Assembly: GCA_951406725.2 (NCBI GenBank)
Contig: OX597827.1
Location: 49,104,001 to 49,168,000 of the forward strand
DNA: 64,000 nt
Source of the DNA: Octopus vulgaris
Lineage: Eukaryota
Reading direction: 5' to 3'
The translations under genes and the position numbers were made by a program. Of the stretch, positions 40,089 to 53,095 are shown piece by piece. Every line of letters starts with the position of its first letter. Position 1 is the first letter of the stretch. The notes below the pieces were generated by a model. The model was not told where the DNA came from. It made no database searches and saw only the letters and a program-made list of their open reading frames with translations.

Positions 40089-40417
40089 GAGACTCCCTTC
40101 GGTCACGACACTGACCATGGGATTGCACCTAGAACGTTACCCTCCCAGGCACAAGTCCGGGCAAGGTTGTTTATGGAAGACCAGCAGTCGTCCATTCATA
40201 CCGGTCTCCCCTCTGCACGCCACCAGTGTTATCCAAGGGAAAGGCAAGAGCCGATACAGCTTGGCACCTGTGATGTCACTACTCATTTCTACAGCTGAGT
40301 GAACTGGAGCAACGTGAAATAAAGTGTCTTGCTCAAGAACACAACACGCAGCGCAGTCCGGGATTCGAGCTCACAACCTCACCATCGTAAGCTCTAACCA
40401 CTGAGCCATGCGCCTTC
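40089..40417 (-). mobile_element. S3 SINE (head + CORE-like + tail 2)
   Basis: Minus strand GAAGGCGCATGGCTCAGTGGTTAG..GCTCGAATCC..TTCTTGAGCAAGACACTTTATTTCACG, then a distinct tail. Confidence 0.85.
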
Positions 40418-41630
40418 AGTATCCAATATGGGACTACAGTATCCAATATGTCCTGTTCTTTTTTTTTTTAACATGCCAGAAAGATTTGAGAGATATTTAT
40501 TATTACTAGCAGGACGAAACACTACAGAGCGGATTTGTCACTTATTTGTTTTTAGTTTCAACTCCAGTTCATGCTCGACTTTTATTTTCAGTGCGCAGGG
40601 TGCCTACAACTATATTTTTCAGTGCGTTCCTTAAAAGGTTGGGGCAAGATTTCTGATAGATTTCGCTGCTATTTCAAGCATAGCTAGCGACCAGGAAGAG
40701 GTTCATTTGGAACTTGTCACAGCAGCTGCTGCACTTGCTGTTGTTACAGTTTTGTTGCTATAACAACTATTGTTGATGTTGTTTCTATTGCTCTTGATCA
40801 AAAATAATTCACCCATCACCATCCAGTACTTTTGTTTTCTCGGGGTTAATTCATTGTGTATTGCGTACGTCTTTTTAATAAAACAATACGGAGTGATTTC
40901 TAGTAGAATTCGCTACTATTTCTAGGAAATTGAGTGACCACGTACAGGTTCTTTCGTTGATTCATCAATATTTATTGTCGTCAGTGTTTAGCTGCAATTT
41001 CTATTGTTTTGGTTTAATCTGCTGCTATTTACGGTGCTGATGTTGCAATTTTTGGTGCTGGTATCGCAGTTTTCGTTGCTGCTGCTGTTTATTATACTAC
41101 TGCTGTTGTTTTGGATGCTACTATTTCTGCTGCAGAAGCTTTCTGTTGCTGCCGCTGCTATATTTACCGTTGCTGCTGTAGATGCCGTTTTACCGCCACT
41201 TCTGCTACGCTTCGTCTATTGAACAACAGATGCCGCTGCAATTGACGCTGAATGTAATGTTGCTACTCGTTGCTCAGCTGTTTGTTGCATTATAAAGCGT
41301 GTTATACGATGGATTGATTCGGTCCCTAATTTGTTACTGGTATTTATTTTGTTGTCCGTTGGAAGGTTGAAAAGTGAATGCGAAATCAACTCTGAAATCA
41401 ATATAAGAAGTAAACATAACTTTCACAAGCCAATTTGTCCGTCGTTCCGCCGATTCTTGTATCTTCTGATCTATCAACGACAACAAAAACAAAATTGTGT
41501 TAGTAGTGGTGATGATAGTAGCGACGCTGGTGGTGGTAGTGATATTTAACAGCAGGTCTGGCCTAGTCGATCAGACTTATGATCAACAGACACAACAGCC
41601 AGGATTCTCACTTCTATCTTTGATTTATCC

Positions 41631-41985
41631 TCTTTTAGCTGTTTCACTCATTAGTGTGGCCATACTAGGGCACTGGCTTGAAAAATTTTTAGCCGAATGA
41701 ATCGACCCCACTAGGTTTTTATTTTTTTTTATTTTTTTAAGGCTGGTACTTCTACTACCGCCATCTTTTGCCGAACCTCCAAGTTACGGGGACGTCAACA
41801 CAACATTATTGGTTGTCAAGCGGTGGTGGGAAAGAAACACACACATGCGACAGGCTTCTTTCAGTTTCCCTCTACCAAGTCCGTTCAGAAGGCTCTGGTG
41901 GGCCCGAGGCTAAAGTAGAAGACATTTGCCCAAGGTGCCAGCAATGGGACAGAACCCACAACCATGTGGTTGGAATTAGGCTGTT
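41631..41985 (-). mobile_element. Degenerate S1 SINE
   Basis: Reverse complement of the S1 CORE-like block and tail. Confidence 0.75.
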
Positions 41986-42179
41986 GTATAAATATATCCC
42001 ATAATCTAACCTGTCATTTTTTTTTGTTTTTTCACAGAGGAGTGTGTCCGTTGATTGTTCTTTCTGGAAGATCGTGTGACTGCTTACCAGATCCCTTGTT
42101 TTCATGTAGTAATAGTTGTTGTTGCACCAGCCGATGTCGTTGTATTTGTTAGTCACATTATCACTCTTTTTCTTGTTGC

Positions 42180-42660
42180 TTTGTTGTGATTGTTATTGAT
42201 GTTTATGTTGTTGCGGTCGTTGCTGTTCTTACTGCTGTTGTTGTAGTTGTTGTTGTTGTTGGTGGTGTTGGTGGTGGTGCTGTTGGTGGTGGTGGTGGTG
42301 CTGTTGTTGTTGGTGGTGGTGGTTGTGCTGTTGTTGTTGGTGGTGCTGTTGGTGGTGCTGTTGTTGGTGATGTTGTTGTTGGTGGTGCTGCTGTTGTTGT
42401 TGTTGGTGGTGGTGCTGTTGTTTTTATTGTGATTTTTGTTCTTTTCTCAGCTTCTTTGTTACTGTTCTTCTTGGCCGCTCACGTTGTCGTTGATGTAGCT
42501 GAGGCTGCTGCTGTTGTTCCTGCTGAGTGTTTCTCTGCTGTTGCTCTTGGTGTTCATATTTGGTTTGCTGCTGTTGTTCGTTGTTGTTGCTGCAATTTTT
42601 GTTGCTGTTATGATTGTTGCTGTTACCGAAGTTTGTTGTCATTTCCGTCGTTACAACAGT
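42180..42660. repeat. (GTT/GGT/GCT)n degenerate trinucleotide tract
   Basis: Seen directly; accounts for the V/G/L-rich ORFs. Confidence 0.9.
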
Positions 42661-42769
42661 ACTAGGTGTGTGTGTGTGTGCTTTGTTATTATTGTTGTTG
42701 CGGCCTTTGTTATTGTATCATCGTTGTTATGTTGTCGTTATTGAGTCACACACATTCTTATTTATCACC

Positions 42770-43247
42770 GATGTTGTCAGAGTTCAAATGTCGTCGAGGT
42801 CGTCTTTGCTATTCATCCTTTCGGGGTCGATAAAATAAGGAGGATTTTTGAGTGCAGGGGTCAATATCTAATCGACTTACCCCACTCACACGAACCTGAT
42901 GGCCTTGTACACACTTTGAAAGCATTATCAATGTTGCTGTCCATAGCGAACTGGCGGAAAAGTCACACTTGTGCTGTTAGTGGTGCCTTTACTTGAGATG
43001 CAGATATATCTCAATTAATGCGCGGAAAGGGAGAGAAAATGGGGAACAAGGGAAAAGGAGAGAAATTCTAAGTTGTTTTAAAAATAGGAAACAACTTGAC
43101 TAACTTATATAAAAAAAAAATAATAAAACTGTCTAATTCAGGCACAAGACATGAAATTTGAGTGGATGTAACTAGTTCATTACGTTGACCTCAGTGATTT
43201 ACTGGTACTTAATTTATCGACCTCGAAAGGATAAAAGGCAAAGTCGA
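42770..43247. mobile_element. Two partial S2 SINEs (+ at ~42770-42920, - at ~43135-43247)
   Basis: Central TTCATCCTTTCGGGGTCGATAAA block on opposite strands. Confidence 0.7.
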
Positions 43248-43285
43248 TATATATATATATGAATATATATCCATAAATATGCATA

Positions 43286-43332
<47 letters not shown>

Positions 43333-43891
43333 CCATATATATATGCATGTATATGTATATACATGTGTATATATATATAAATATATATATATGTATATAT
43401 ATGCATAATTATATGTACATATATATATATGTATATATATATGCATATATATATATGTATATATATATGCATATATAGAGATATATGTATATATATATGC
43501 ATATATAGAGATATATGTATATATATATATGCATATATAGAGATATATGTATATATATATGCATATATAGAGATATATGTATATATATATGCATATATAG
43601 AGATATATGTATATATATATGCATATATATATAGATATGTATATATATATGCATATATATATAGATATGTATATACATATGCATACATATCTATATACAT
43701 ATGCATACATATCTACATACATATGTATATACATATGTATACATATCTATATACATATGTAAATATATGTATAAATATATACATATACATATATATATTC
43801 ATATATATATGTATATATATATATACATATATGTATGCATATATAAGTATATCTTTATGCATATATATATGTATATATATATGCATATATG

Positions 43892-43940
<49 letters not shown>

Positions 43941-43972
43941 ATATATATATATGCATATATTTTTTTATCTAC

Positions 43973-45493
43973 TTTCAGCTAACGAGCTGTGGCCATGCTG
44001 GGGCACCGCCATTCGGAGTTGCTACATGATTTTACTTCACGAATGCTTTTTAGCAATTGACATTTGGTGTATGAGGGAGTTTGATGCAGCTGCCCTCATC
44101 TGCACCTCCTGCCGTGAAGTTCCGTCAGATCCTTCGGGAGGATATTGAAGAGCTGTCGACCTCTGAAGCCCAGGCTATCACAGTATCTTGTCCTACATCT
44201 TCATGGCAAATTTGGAGTCCTTGGCACTATGCAGTGGCGCCCAGTTCTAGTATTTGTGTAACTCTCGATGCCAAAGTTTGGGACAAGTCCTTCCAGGATC
44301 TCCCAGATGTATATTATGGCATATCTTTCTCGACTACGCGCTAAGGAATAGAGTTTTAATCTCTTGAGTCTTTCCCAATAGCTTATATGTTGCACAGAGG
44401 CTATCTTCTTCGTATAGCTTCGTTGGATCACCTCAAGTTCTGCTATTAATTTGAGACTGGTTGGTGACCATAGCTGAGAGCAATAGTCTAAGTGGCATAG
44501 GACAAGTGTCCTCCAGAGGACCATCTATGTTTCCTGGTCTCTTGTTCTAAAAGCTCTAATACTCCATCCGGTTAGCCGCCTACATTTCATTGCCAATTTA
44601 GCAACATGCACATGAAAGGTTGCATCATTACTCATGTAAATACCCAGATCTCGCACTTATTGTGCCTCTGGGATTGCAATCCCTCCAGGTCCAGTGTATT
44701 TATTGGGTGTTGCAATTAGTTTTGCATGCTGATAACATAAAGCTCGAAGCTTTTCAGCATTAAACTGCATGCTATTCTTTTCAGCCCACTTGTATATTGT
44801 GTCCATGTCACATTGCAGGTGCATAGTGTCTTCAGGGCTCTGTATTACCAGTGAAACTTTTGTATCATCTGCATAATTTGGAATCGTTGTTCTCTGCGTG
44901 ACTGAGGGCATGTCTGAGAGGGCCATTAGGAACAGCAATGGTCCCAAAACAGTGCCTTGTGGAACACCGCTCACTATTTGCGTGTTATTGGAGGTGGTCC
45001 CATTGGCTGCTACCACCTGACTTCTATCCTTCAGAAACTCCCAATTTTCCAACTATGCCAAGATCATGCAGTTTGTGGCATATAATTCCATGGTCGACTT
45101 TATCAAAGGCCTTTGCAAAGTCGAGATATATGACTTCCACATTTGAGTGGTTGAGCAGTCGTTTCAGCACCCAGTCATAGTGTTGTAGGAGCTGAGTTAA
45201 GCAGATATGTCACTTCCACATTAGAGTGGTTGAGCAGTTGTTTCAGCACCCGAGATGAGTTAGGCAGCTTCTTCCTGGTCAGAAACAATGCAGGGTGTCA
45301 GGCAGCAGGTCATTTTCTTCAAGGAAGGCGATTAGTTTTCTTCTGACTATTCGTTCCATGACCTTGCTGGTGTGTGAGGTCAGAGAGATAGGTCTGTAGT
45401 TCTTGGCCTCCGCTTTGCTACCTCCTTTATGAATATGGCATATTTTACCCTCCTTCAGGTTTCTTGGAAGTTTACCAGTTGCATGGAAGCTCT
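43973..45493 (-). mobile_element. CR1/L2-group LINE ORF2 (RT) 3' fragment, degenerate
   Basis: [59 protein letters not shown]; 3' tail at 43973-44013. Confidence 0.92.
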
Positions 45494-45585
45494 GAAATGG
45501 CGGTGCTCCAGCATGGCCACATCTCGTGAGCTGAAATCCTATATAAAAAATATGATTATATACAAATGCATAAATAAATATATAC

Positions 45586-45617
<32 letters not shown>

Positions 45618-45899
45618 CTCACATATATACATATATAGATATATATATACATATATGTATATATACTCACATATATACATATACATATATAGATATATAT
45701 ACATACATATATGTATATATACACACATATATATACATATACATACACACATGTATGTAGACATATACATGCATATATATATGTATATATACATGTATAT
45801 CTACACACACATGTGTATAAATGTATATATATATATACACATGTATATACATATCTTTATATATAGATATAGATGGCCTAGAACAAACTGTTCGAAACA

Positions 45900-45915
45900 T
45901 CAGTTGTTATCTAAG

Positions 45916-45947
<32 letters not shown>

Positions 45948-46301
45948 TAGATAGATAGATATAGATACATATGTATGTACATACATATATCTGTGTGTGT
46001 ATATATATATAATTTTTTGAGGGAATATTAATCCAAACTTTATATATAGATATATATGTCGTTATTCTACCAATTGTATACATTTTTATTATTTTTTTGC
46101 AATTTACTTAATCATTGGTATTTTATTATTTTAATTTTAATATTTCTATTATATGTAATTTTCTAGATGGTGTAATTAAATTGTTCATTTTGAATTGATA
46201 CAACGTGTTTTTTCTAATTTTATATATACATATATATATACACATATATACATATACATACACATATATATATACACACACATATATATATATACATATA
46301 C

Positions 46302-46350
<49 letters not shown>

Positions 46351-46412
46351 CACACATATATATATATATACATATATAAATATATATATACATATATATA
46401 ATATATATATAT

Positions 46413-46463
<51 letters not shown>

Positions 46464-47275
46464 CATATATAATATATATATAACATATATATATATATGT
46501 CTATATATATACATATATATATATCATATATATACATACATATATATATATGTCTATATATATATATATGTCTATATATATACATATATATATATCATAT
46601 ATATACATACATATATATATATATGTCTATATATATACATATATATATATATCATATATATACATATATATATATATATGTCTATATATATACATATATA
46701 TATATCATATATATACATATATATATATATATGTCTATATATACATATATATATATATGTCTCTATATATACATATATATATATGTCTATATATATACAT
46801 ATATATATATCATATATATATACATACATATATCATATATATACATATATATATATCATATATATATACATACATATATCATATATATACATACATATAT
46901 CATATATATACATACATATATCATATATATACATACATATATATCATATATATACATACATATATATCATATATATACATACATATACATATATATACAT
47001 ATATACATATATATATATATATAACGTATATATATACATATATATATATATATAACATATATATATGCACATATGTATATATAACGTATATATATATACA
47101 TATATATATATGCACATATGTATATATTTGTATATATATGTATATGTGTATATATGTATATATATTCACATATGTATATATGTGTACATATGTATATATG
47201 TGTATATATGCACATATGTATATATGTGTATATATGCACATATGTATATATGTGTATATATGCACATATGTATAT
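45900..47275. repeat. Long (TA)-derived compound microsatellite/minisatellite
   Basis: Seen directly. Confidence 0.9.
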
Positions 47276-48020
47276 GAGCAATGATGCATCTTTCCAAGTG
47301 CATATTGCTAATCTGGTGATAAAATGCAGACGGCTAGCTGGATGGATTCTCCGAACTTTCAGAACAAGAGAAAAGGAGACACTGATGGTCCTATGGAAAA
47401 CATTCATCCTCAGCCGCTTGGACTACTGCTCCCAACTTTGGTCACCACACAATATAAAACTAACAGCAGAAGCAATTCAGAGAAGCTACACAAAGAAAAT
47501 CGTCTCAATGCAAAATATCAGCTACTGGGAAAGACTGAAGGTATTAAACCTCTTCTCCCTAGAGCGGAGGCGGGAGAGATATGCGGTGATATACATCTGG
47601 AAAATCCTGGAGGGTCTTGTCCCAAACTTTGGCATTCAAAGTTACACCAACCGCAGAACAGGGCGCCACTGCATGGTGCCAAGGATTCCAACATCACCAT
47701 CAAAATACAGGTCCAGATACTGCAACAGCTTGGGTTTCAGAGGACCACAGCTCTTTAACATCCTCCCTAAATGCCTGAGAGACTTACATGGTGTGAATAT
47801 GGGTTTCTTTAAAACTAAACTGGATCTCTTCTTGTTGGGAGTCCTAGATGAACCTACCCCACGACAGGAGACGCGGATGCGGGCAGCAGCATCGAACTCC
47901 CTTGTTGATCAAGTGCCACGTATCAGAGGTGGATTCACAAATTAGTGTAGCTCATTCAGCGGTGGTGCCCTAGCATGGCCGCAGCCTTCGGGCTAAAACA
48001 TTTTAAAGGATTTAAGGATT
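47275..48020 (+). mobile_element. 5'-truncated CR1/L2-group LINE (ORF2 C-terminus plus 3' UTR)
   Basis: Open frame [38 protein letters not shown] to the stop at 47945, then the tail and (TTTAAGGA)n. Confidence 0.92.
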
Positions 48021-48120
48021 TATATATGCACATATGTATATATATATATACACTCACATACACACACATATATATATATATATATTGATTTATATAACTA
48101 TAACAAAATTATATATAGAT

Positions 48121-50009
48121 ACTAGCAGAGACGCCCGGCGTTGCTCGGGATTAAAATACCATAGTTTGTAATTAAAATATTACAGTTATGTTGATACAGG
48201 TGTTATGGAAAAGTGCAGGATTGACACCAAAACGTTTGTGGAGTTAATGATTGGCTAATTTGCCTAAGCAAGATGCTATGCATCTCTTTGGAGGATTTCA
48301 GGCCCTCAACTGTGGGGGTTTATGTGATTTTTGAACGCACCGAGAAGCTGTCAGTGGATATACCTTCTTTGTGGCAGTCGGCGCTGTGTGTAACACGATC
48401 CATCATCTGAAATTTGACACCTCTTTCGGGTTTGTTGTCCTACATCACTCATGAATAAGTTTGGAGGAACTCTGATTGTTCCCTCATGGGTAACAGGGAA
48501 CCAATGAGGTGATAGACTTGCCCTTGAACTTTGACGTCATCGAAAATCATGTTTATCTGTCTTCTTAGATGCACCAAATGCAAAGTTGTATAGTCTGATA
48601 TTGTTCAGAAAATCCTTTGACTGGATGGAAATGCCTTGTAGAAGATCCATAAGCGGTTGAGAAGGAACTGGTAGTCTGGCAATGTTTCCTGATCGCCTGA
48701 GCAACACATACCATTTGTTTCATTTAAAAATTTTAAAGCTGTACAGAAAAGACAATTTGTGTGTAGCACACCAGTTTGGGCAGAGTAATTTTTATAAGAA
48801 TATGATGGATCATATCTGAAAACAGCTTCAGGAGTTATGAAGAACGAATTTGTACGTAGTCGGTTTCTGAGAGGTATTCTATTGGACCTCTGTCTAATCA
48901 TTAAAACATTGATTTATTGATCCAGCATTAAGTGTTGCAACATACATTTGCTGATGTTGAGAAAATCTCATGTAGCTTCTCTCGACTTCGCTTTTCTACA
49001 GTCCTCCTTGCTTTATACTTGTTTCTGTAGAGATTACGTCATATTCTTTGGTGGTATATTTTTCCCAATTTTGTAAACACAAAATTATGAACATAGAAAG
49101 AAATTACGCATTAATCCCCATTTTTGTAAGCAGTTGTATCCGTGAAAATTTTCTTTCAAGAGATCAGAAATTGAAAGAACATAAGCGAAAAGAACAGAGA
49201 AAGTGAAAGATGTATGTACGTCTATATGTAATGGACGTCTGCGTGCACGTGTGTGTGTGAGTCTGTGTGTGCGTGCGTGCTTGTGCGTGTGAATCTGAGA
49301 AAGAAAGAGGGTGAGAATGAGAGATAGAGTGAGTGAGTGAAGTGTGTGTCGTGATGATTGACGTCTGTTAAGGTACACGCACACATAGAAAAAGTGACGT
49401 AATAGTATACAATTTTTACGATAGTTGATTTATGGAAAAGATGTTAAACATTTGATATGCAAATATGTGAATGAAAATTAAGTTTAATTTGTAGCCAAAA
49501 CAGAACTGAATCTTTCGACACCCTATACGTCAAAATCTGTAACTCGGTTTTGAAAAGCATAAGGAATATATAATATCAAAGATGATGCAGACCTGTACAT
49601 GGTAACTAGACCTGATAGAAATAGCAGTCAAATCTCCCTCAAAACACCCCATTGTCTTAATCCCATAATTCTGCTTATTATGTAGTTTGAATGAGAAACT
49701 GTAACTAAAGATTAAGATTATTAACCCCACAGAGAGAGGAAAGAATAGAGACAGCATAGCGACGGTTTTGGCTGACTGTCATCCCGTACTCCTCTTGTTG
49801 CTAGCGAAATGGCATGAGCCGGCAGTCTGAGCAACTGGATGTTTTAAGAGCGAAACAAATAGGACATAAAGATTACAAAAATAACGATTCTCACTTTGAA
49901 ATTAACGATTACGGAATGCCCAGCTCTCTCATGTAACCATGTTTTAAATTTCAGCGTGATCGGATGAAAAATACTCGAATTATAAGCGCACACACAGACA
50001 GACAGACAG

Positions 50010-50045
<36 letters not shown>
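48121..50045 (-). mobile_element. Internally deleted Helitron with RepHel N-terminal remnants
   Basis: 3' end hairpin CCCGAGCAACGCCGGG then CTAG|T; translations FRYDP..CLFCTALKFLNETNGMCC, NIRLYN, KVQGQVYHLIGSLLP; putative 5' TC(TA)n end near 50045 is less certain. Confidence 0.82.
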
Positions 50046-50074
<29 letters not shown>

Positions 50075-50077
<3 letters not shown>

Positions 50078-50317
50078 GCAGTTTCGATTCTCAGACCGAG
50101 CATTGTGAGTGTTTGTTGAGCGAAAACAACTAAAGTTCCACGTGGCTCCGGCAGGAGTGGTGCTGTACTCTTTCGCCAGAACTTTCTCTCACTCTTTCTT
50201 CTGTTGGCCTGCTCGCTTAGCCAGCGGGGTGGCATAATTTGAAGGCCAAAATAATGCGAAGCGCATTGTGACCAGCGATATGTAGCAACATCTGATAGCC
50301 TGATCGGTCAGGGTGAT
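50075..50317 (+). mobile_element. 5'-truncated S3 SINE (central B + tail 4); a separate tail-1 fragment lies at 50380-50503
   Basis: GAGCGAAAACAACTAAAG..GTTGGCCTGCTCGCTTAGCC..CTGATAGCCTG. Confidence 0.82.
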
Positions 50318-50603
50318 CATATATACATATATATATATACAGATGTGTATATATTTACATATATACATATTGAAATACACCCTGTGTCACGCTGAATCTT
50401 CCTGGGAACTACAGTAAGTGTACACGTGTCTGTGGAGTGCTCAGTCACTTGCACGTTAATTTCTCAGCTGGGCCCCTCGTCATCGTAATCGATGGAGTGC
50501 TCCTATATGTTTATGTATATATCTTTGTATAAGTATATATGTATTTATATTCCTATATATACACACACACACGCACATGCGTACGTATCTTTGTGTGTGT
50601 ATA

Positions 50604-50836
50604 CAGCGTGTCTCAAAAAGATGTACTCACTCTTTGACCACCTGGTTCTCATGCATTTTGTGTTCAAGTATATGTTTATTTATATACGTACATTCCTAAA
50701 AAGTTAAAATTAATTCAGGAAAATAAATTGTTGTGGAAACGATTATTTATTATCATTTAGAATTATTTAAAATGATTAAAAAAAAACATCTGTAATCGTC
50801 TGTCAAAGTGTGAGCACATATTTTTGGGACACTCTG
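50604..50836. mobile_element. Tc1/mariner-type MITE
   Basis: ~35-bp TIRs CAGCGTGTCTCAAAAAGATGTACTCACTCTTTGAC and CAGAGTGTCCCAAAAATATGTGCTCACACTTTGAC (reverse complement), flanked by TA. Confidence 0.85.
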
Positions 50837-50983
50837 TATATCTATATATATATATGTGACACCCTGTATATCTATATATATATATGTGACACCCTGTATA
50901 TCTATATATATATGTGACCGCGTGTGTACCGTTGGCGATTTTTTTCCTCCGTCTTCCCTTCTCCGGATCTTTCCTTTTCCTAT

Positions 50984-51018
50984 GTTTCTGACGAAGACCT
51001 CCGCTCGAAACGTAAAAC
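50984..51018 (+). ncRNA. Minimal hammerhead motif in a PLE-type repeat at ~50916-51112
   Basis: GTTT-CTGACGA-A-GACC-TCC-GCTC-GAAA-CGTA-AAAC; stem I GTTT/AAAC; one stem II mismatch. Confidence 0.68.
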
Positions 51019-51110
51019 CCTCCTTCTTCCTTCCTTCCTGAGCGTCCAATAATACTATATTTGTTCCACGTCCTCGCGTTGTTGTGTTTTCTCTTTGTTT
51101 GGAGTAACTA

Positions 51111-51182
<72 letters not shown>

Positions 51183-51577
51183 GTGGGTGAGCGTAAATAG
51201 CTGCACACATACCCCGTTTATTGTTGAATAACCAATCGATGGAACCGTCACATATTGAACAGACAAGAAATAGCAGCCAAAACTTCCTTAAGTTTTTCCT
51301 ATCTACTGGCAGTAAAATAAATGTAGGGCTTGATGCTTAACGTAATCTTTGGCTCCTGAGTATAAGGTAAATGATGGAAAGGTCATGGATGGAATACTTT
51401 TGATCAATGATCAGCTTCGGGCTAAACAAAAACAAGTAACGCGCGAAGACACATACGCACGCACTCACGCAGTTTCGCGCGCAAGTAGAGACAATCAGAA
51501 AAGCGCGAAAACTGAGATTGACGAACACACGCACACAAACAGCAGCATCGATTTATACACACACATACATACGCAAT

Positions 51578-51975
51578 ATTCTTTTATTCTTTTACAGGTT
51601 TCGGTCATTTGTCTGCTGCCATGCTAGAGCACCGCCTTTAGTAGAAACATATAGACCCCAGGATTTATTCTTTGTAAGCCTAGTACTTATTCTATCGGTC
51701 TCTTATGCCAAACCGCTAAATTACGGGTACGGAAACACACCAACATCGGTTAACAAGCGATGGTTTGTGGACAAACACTGACACACAAATACATACATAG
51801 ATATGTATTTACATATAAGGGGCTTCTATCAGTTTCCGTTTACCTTATTCACTCACAAGGCTTTGGTCGGCCAGAGGCTTTAGAAGACACCTGTCGAAGC
51901 TGCCACTCAGTGGGACTGAAACTAAAAACATGTGGTTGGGAAGCAAGCTTCTTACTCCACTGCCACTCCTTCGCT
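51578..51975 (-). mobile_element. S1 SINE
   Basis: Reverse complement of full S1. Confidence 0.85.
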
Positions 51976-52184
51976 ATATGTATATATATATAGTGTGTGT
52001 GTGTGTGTGTGTGTCTCCTCCACCACATATGTGATGGCACCGGGCCTGAACTTTGGAGGAGAGTGTCGGTCGATTGAATTGCCCCAAGTACTTCACTTGT
52101 TCCTCTTTGTTGTCATTGCTGGACTTGAACTCAGAATGAGGAATTACAACCGTGTTTCGTGGTCTGCTACCACAACAGCTCCTT

Positions 52185-52715
52185 TATAGGATCCAGTTAG
52201 CTCAAGACATCATCAGGAAGAACCACGTCCGGTTTCGGCCCCTACTCCTCTACCGTTTTGACGTGGCGGGGTCCCCCTTTCGGAAGTGTCTTCACCTCTG
52301 ATGTTGGGTGCATGTCTTCTTTCTTCTGTTCCCTGGCCTCTTCGATGTAGCGTCAGCGAGTGTCAGCCGGTGTCTGACTGACTTGCAAATTTTTCCCTTT
52401 AAATCCCCCCCGATAGGTTCCAGCAGGTAGCCCCAGCAAGTTGTCACGTGACACTGTCTCACCTTAACTGACTAGTGAAGGCGCGTAGTCTTAGCCCGCG
52501 CATTCTCTAAACGACCATCACCTATCAGTCAGCGAAGCTGATTTAGTGTCAGTTTGTCTCACCTAGTGATGTTATTTCCCGCCGGCATGTTATGACTTTC
52601 AAGCCATTTTTGGTCTTTCCACTTCAGCCATATATAGAAGCTGGCTTTTTCGACCGCCTCCTGTATTCTCCTTATTAGTTTTCTCAGCTCCGAGCTAGAA
52701 AAAACCAATCTTCTT
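52185..52715 (-). mobile_element. 3' end of an RLE-type (HERO-like) non-LTR element: ORF end plus putative 3' UTR
   Basis: Minus strand ELRKLIRRIQEAVEKASFYIWLKW resembles the C-terminal AAExASxWxWxKR motif; GC-richer sequence follows. Confidence 0.5.
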
Positions 52716-52805
52716 TTGAACAGCGTTGTCATTTTCTTTGGCGAGATTAAATATCACCAAGTATTTTCTCTGACGCTCTAACAATTCAGTTTCCCATCGC
52801 TGTAA

Positions 52806-53012
52806 TGGTTTCAAAGTTTGGCACAAGTCCAGTAATTTCGAGGTGAGTTGATGTCGAAATTATCGACGCTAGTTTTCAACAGGTAATTTTATCGACCCCG
52901 ATCAATGAAAATCGAAGTCAACCACGACTGAATTTTGAACTCAGAACTAAAGACGGACGAAATGCCACAAAACATTTTTCCGGCGTGCTAACGATTCTAC
53001 CAGCTCGCCGCG
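52806..53012 (-). mobile_element. S2 SINE monomer; further fragments at 53325-53655
   Basis: S2 head and B box. Confidence 0.78.
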
Positions 53013-53095
53013 TTTGCCGTTCCAAAAGTAATAACTTTTTCTAAGTTAGGCGAAGAGATTAAATCGGTACCATAGCGTCTAATATTTCGCATGTA

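Noticed and set aside
42186-42665. Gly/Val-rich membrane or structural protein
   Set aside because: Degenerate trinucleotide repeat, open in several frames
47118-47945. 275-aa ORF as a host gene
   Set aside because: N-terminus is microsatellite and the rest is truncated LINE ORF2
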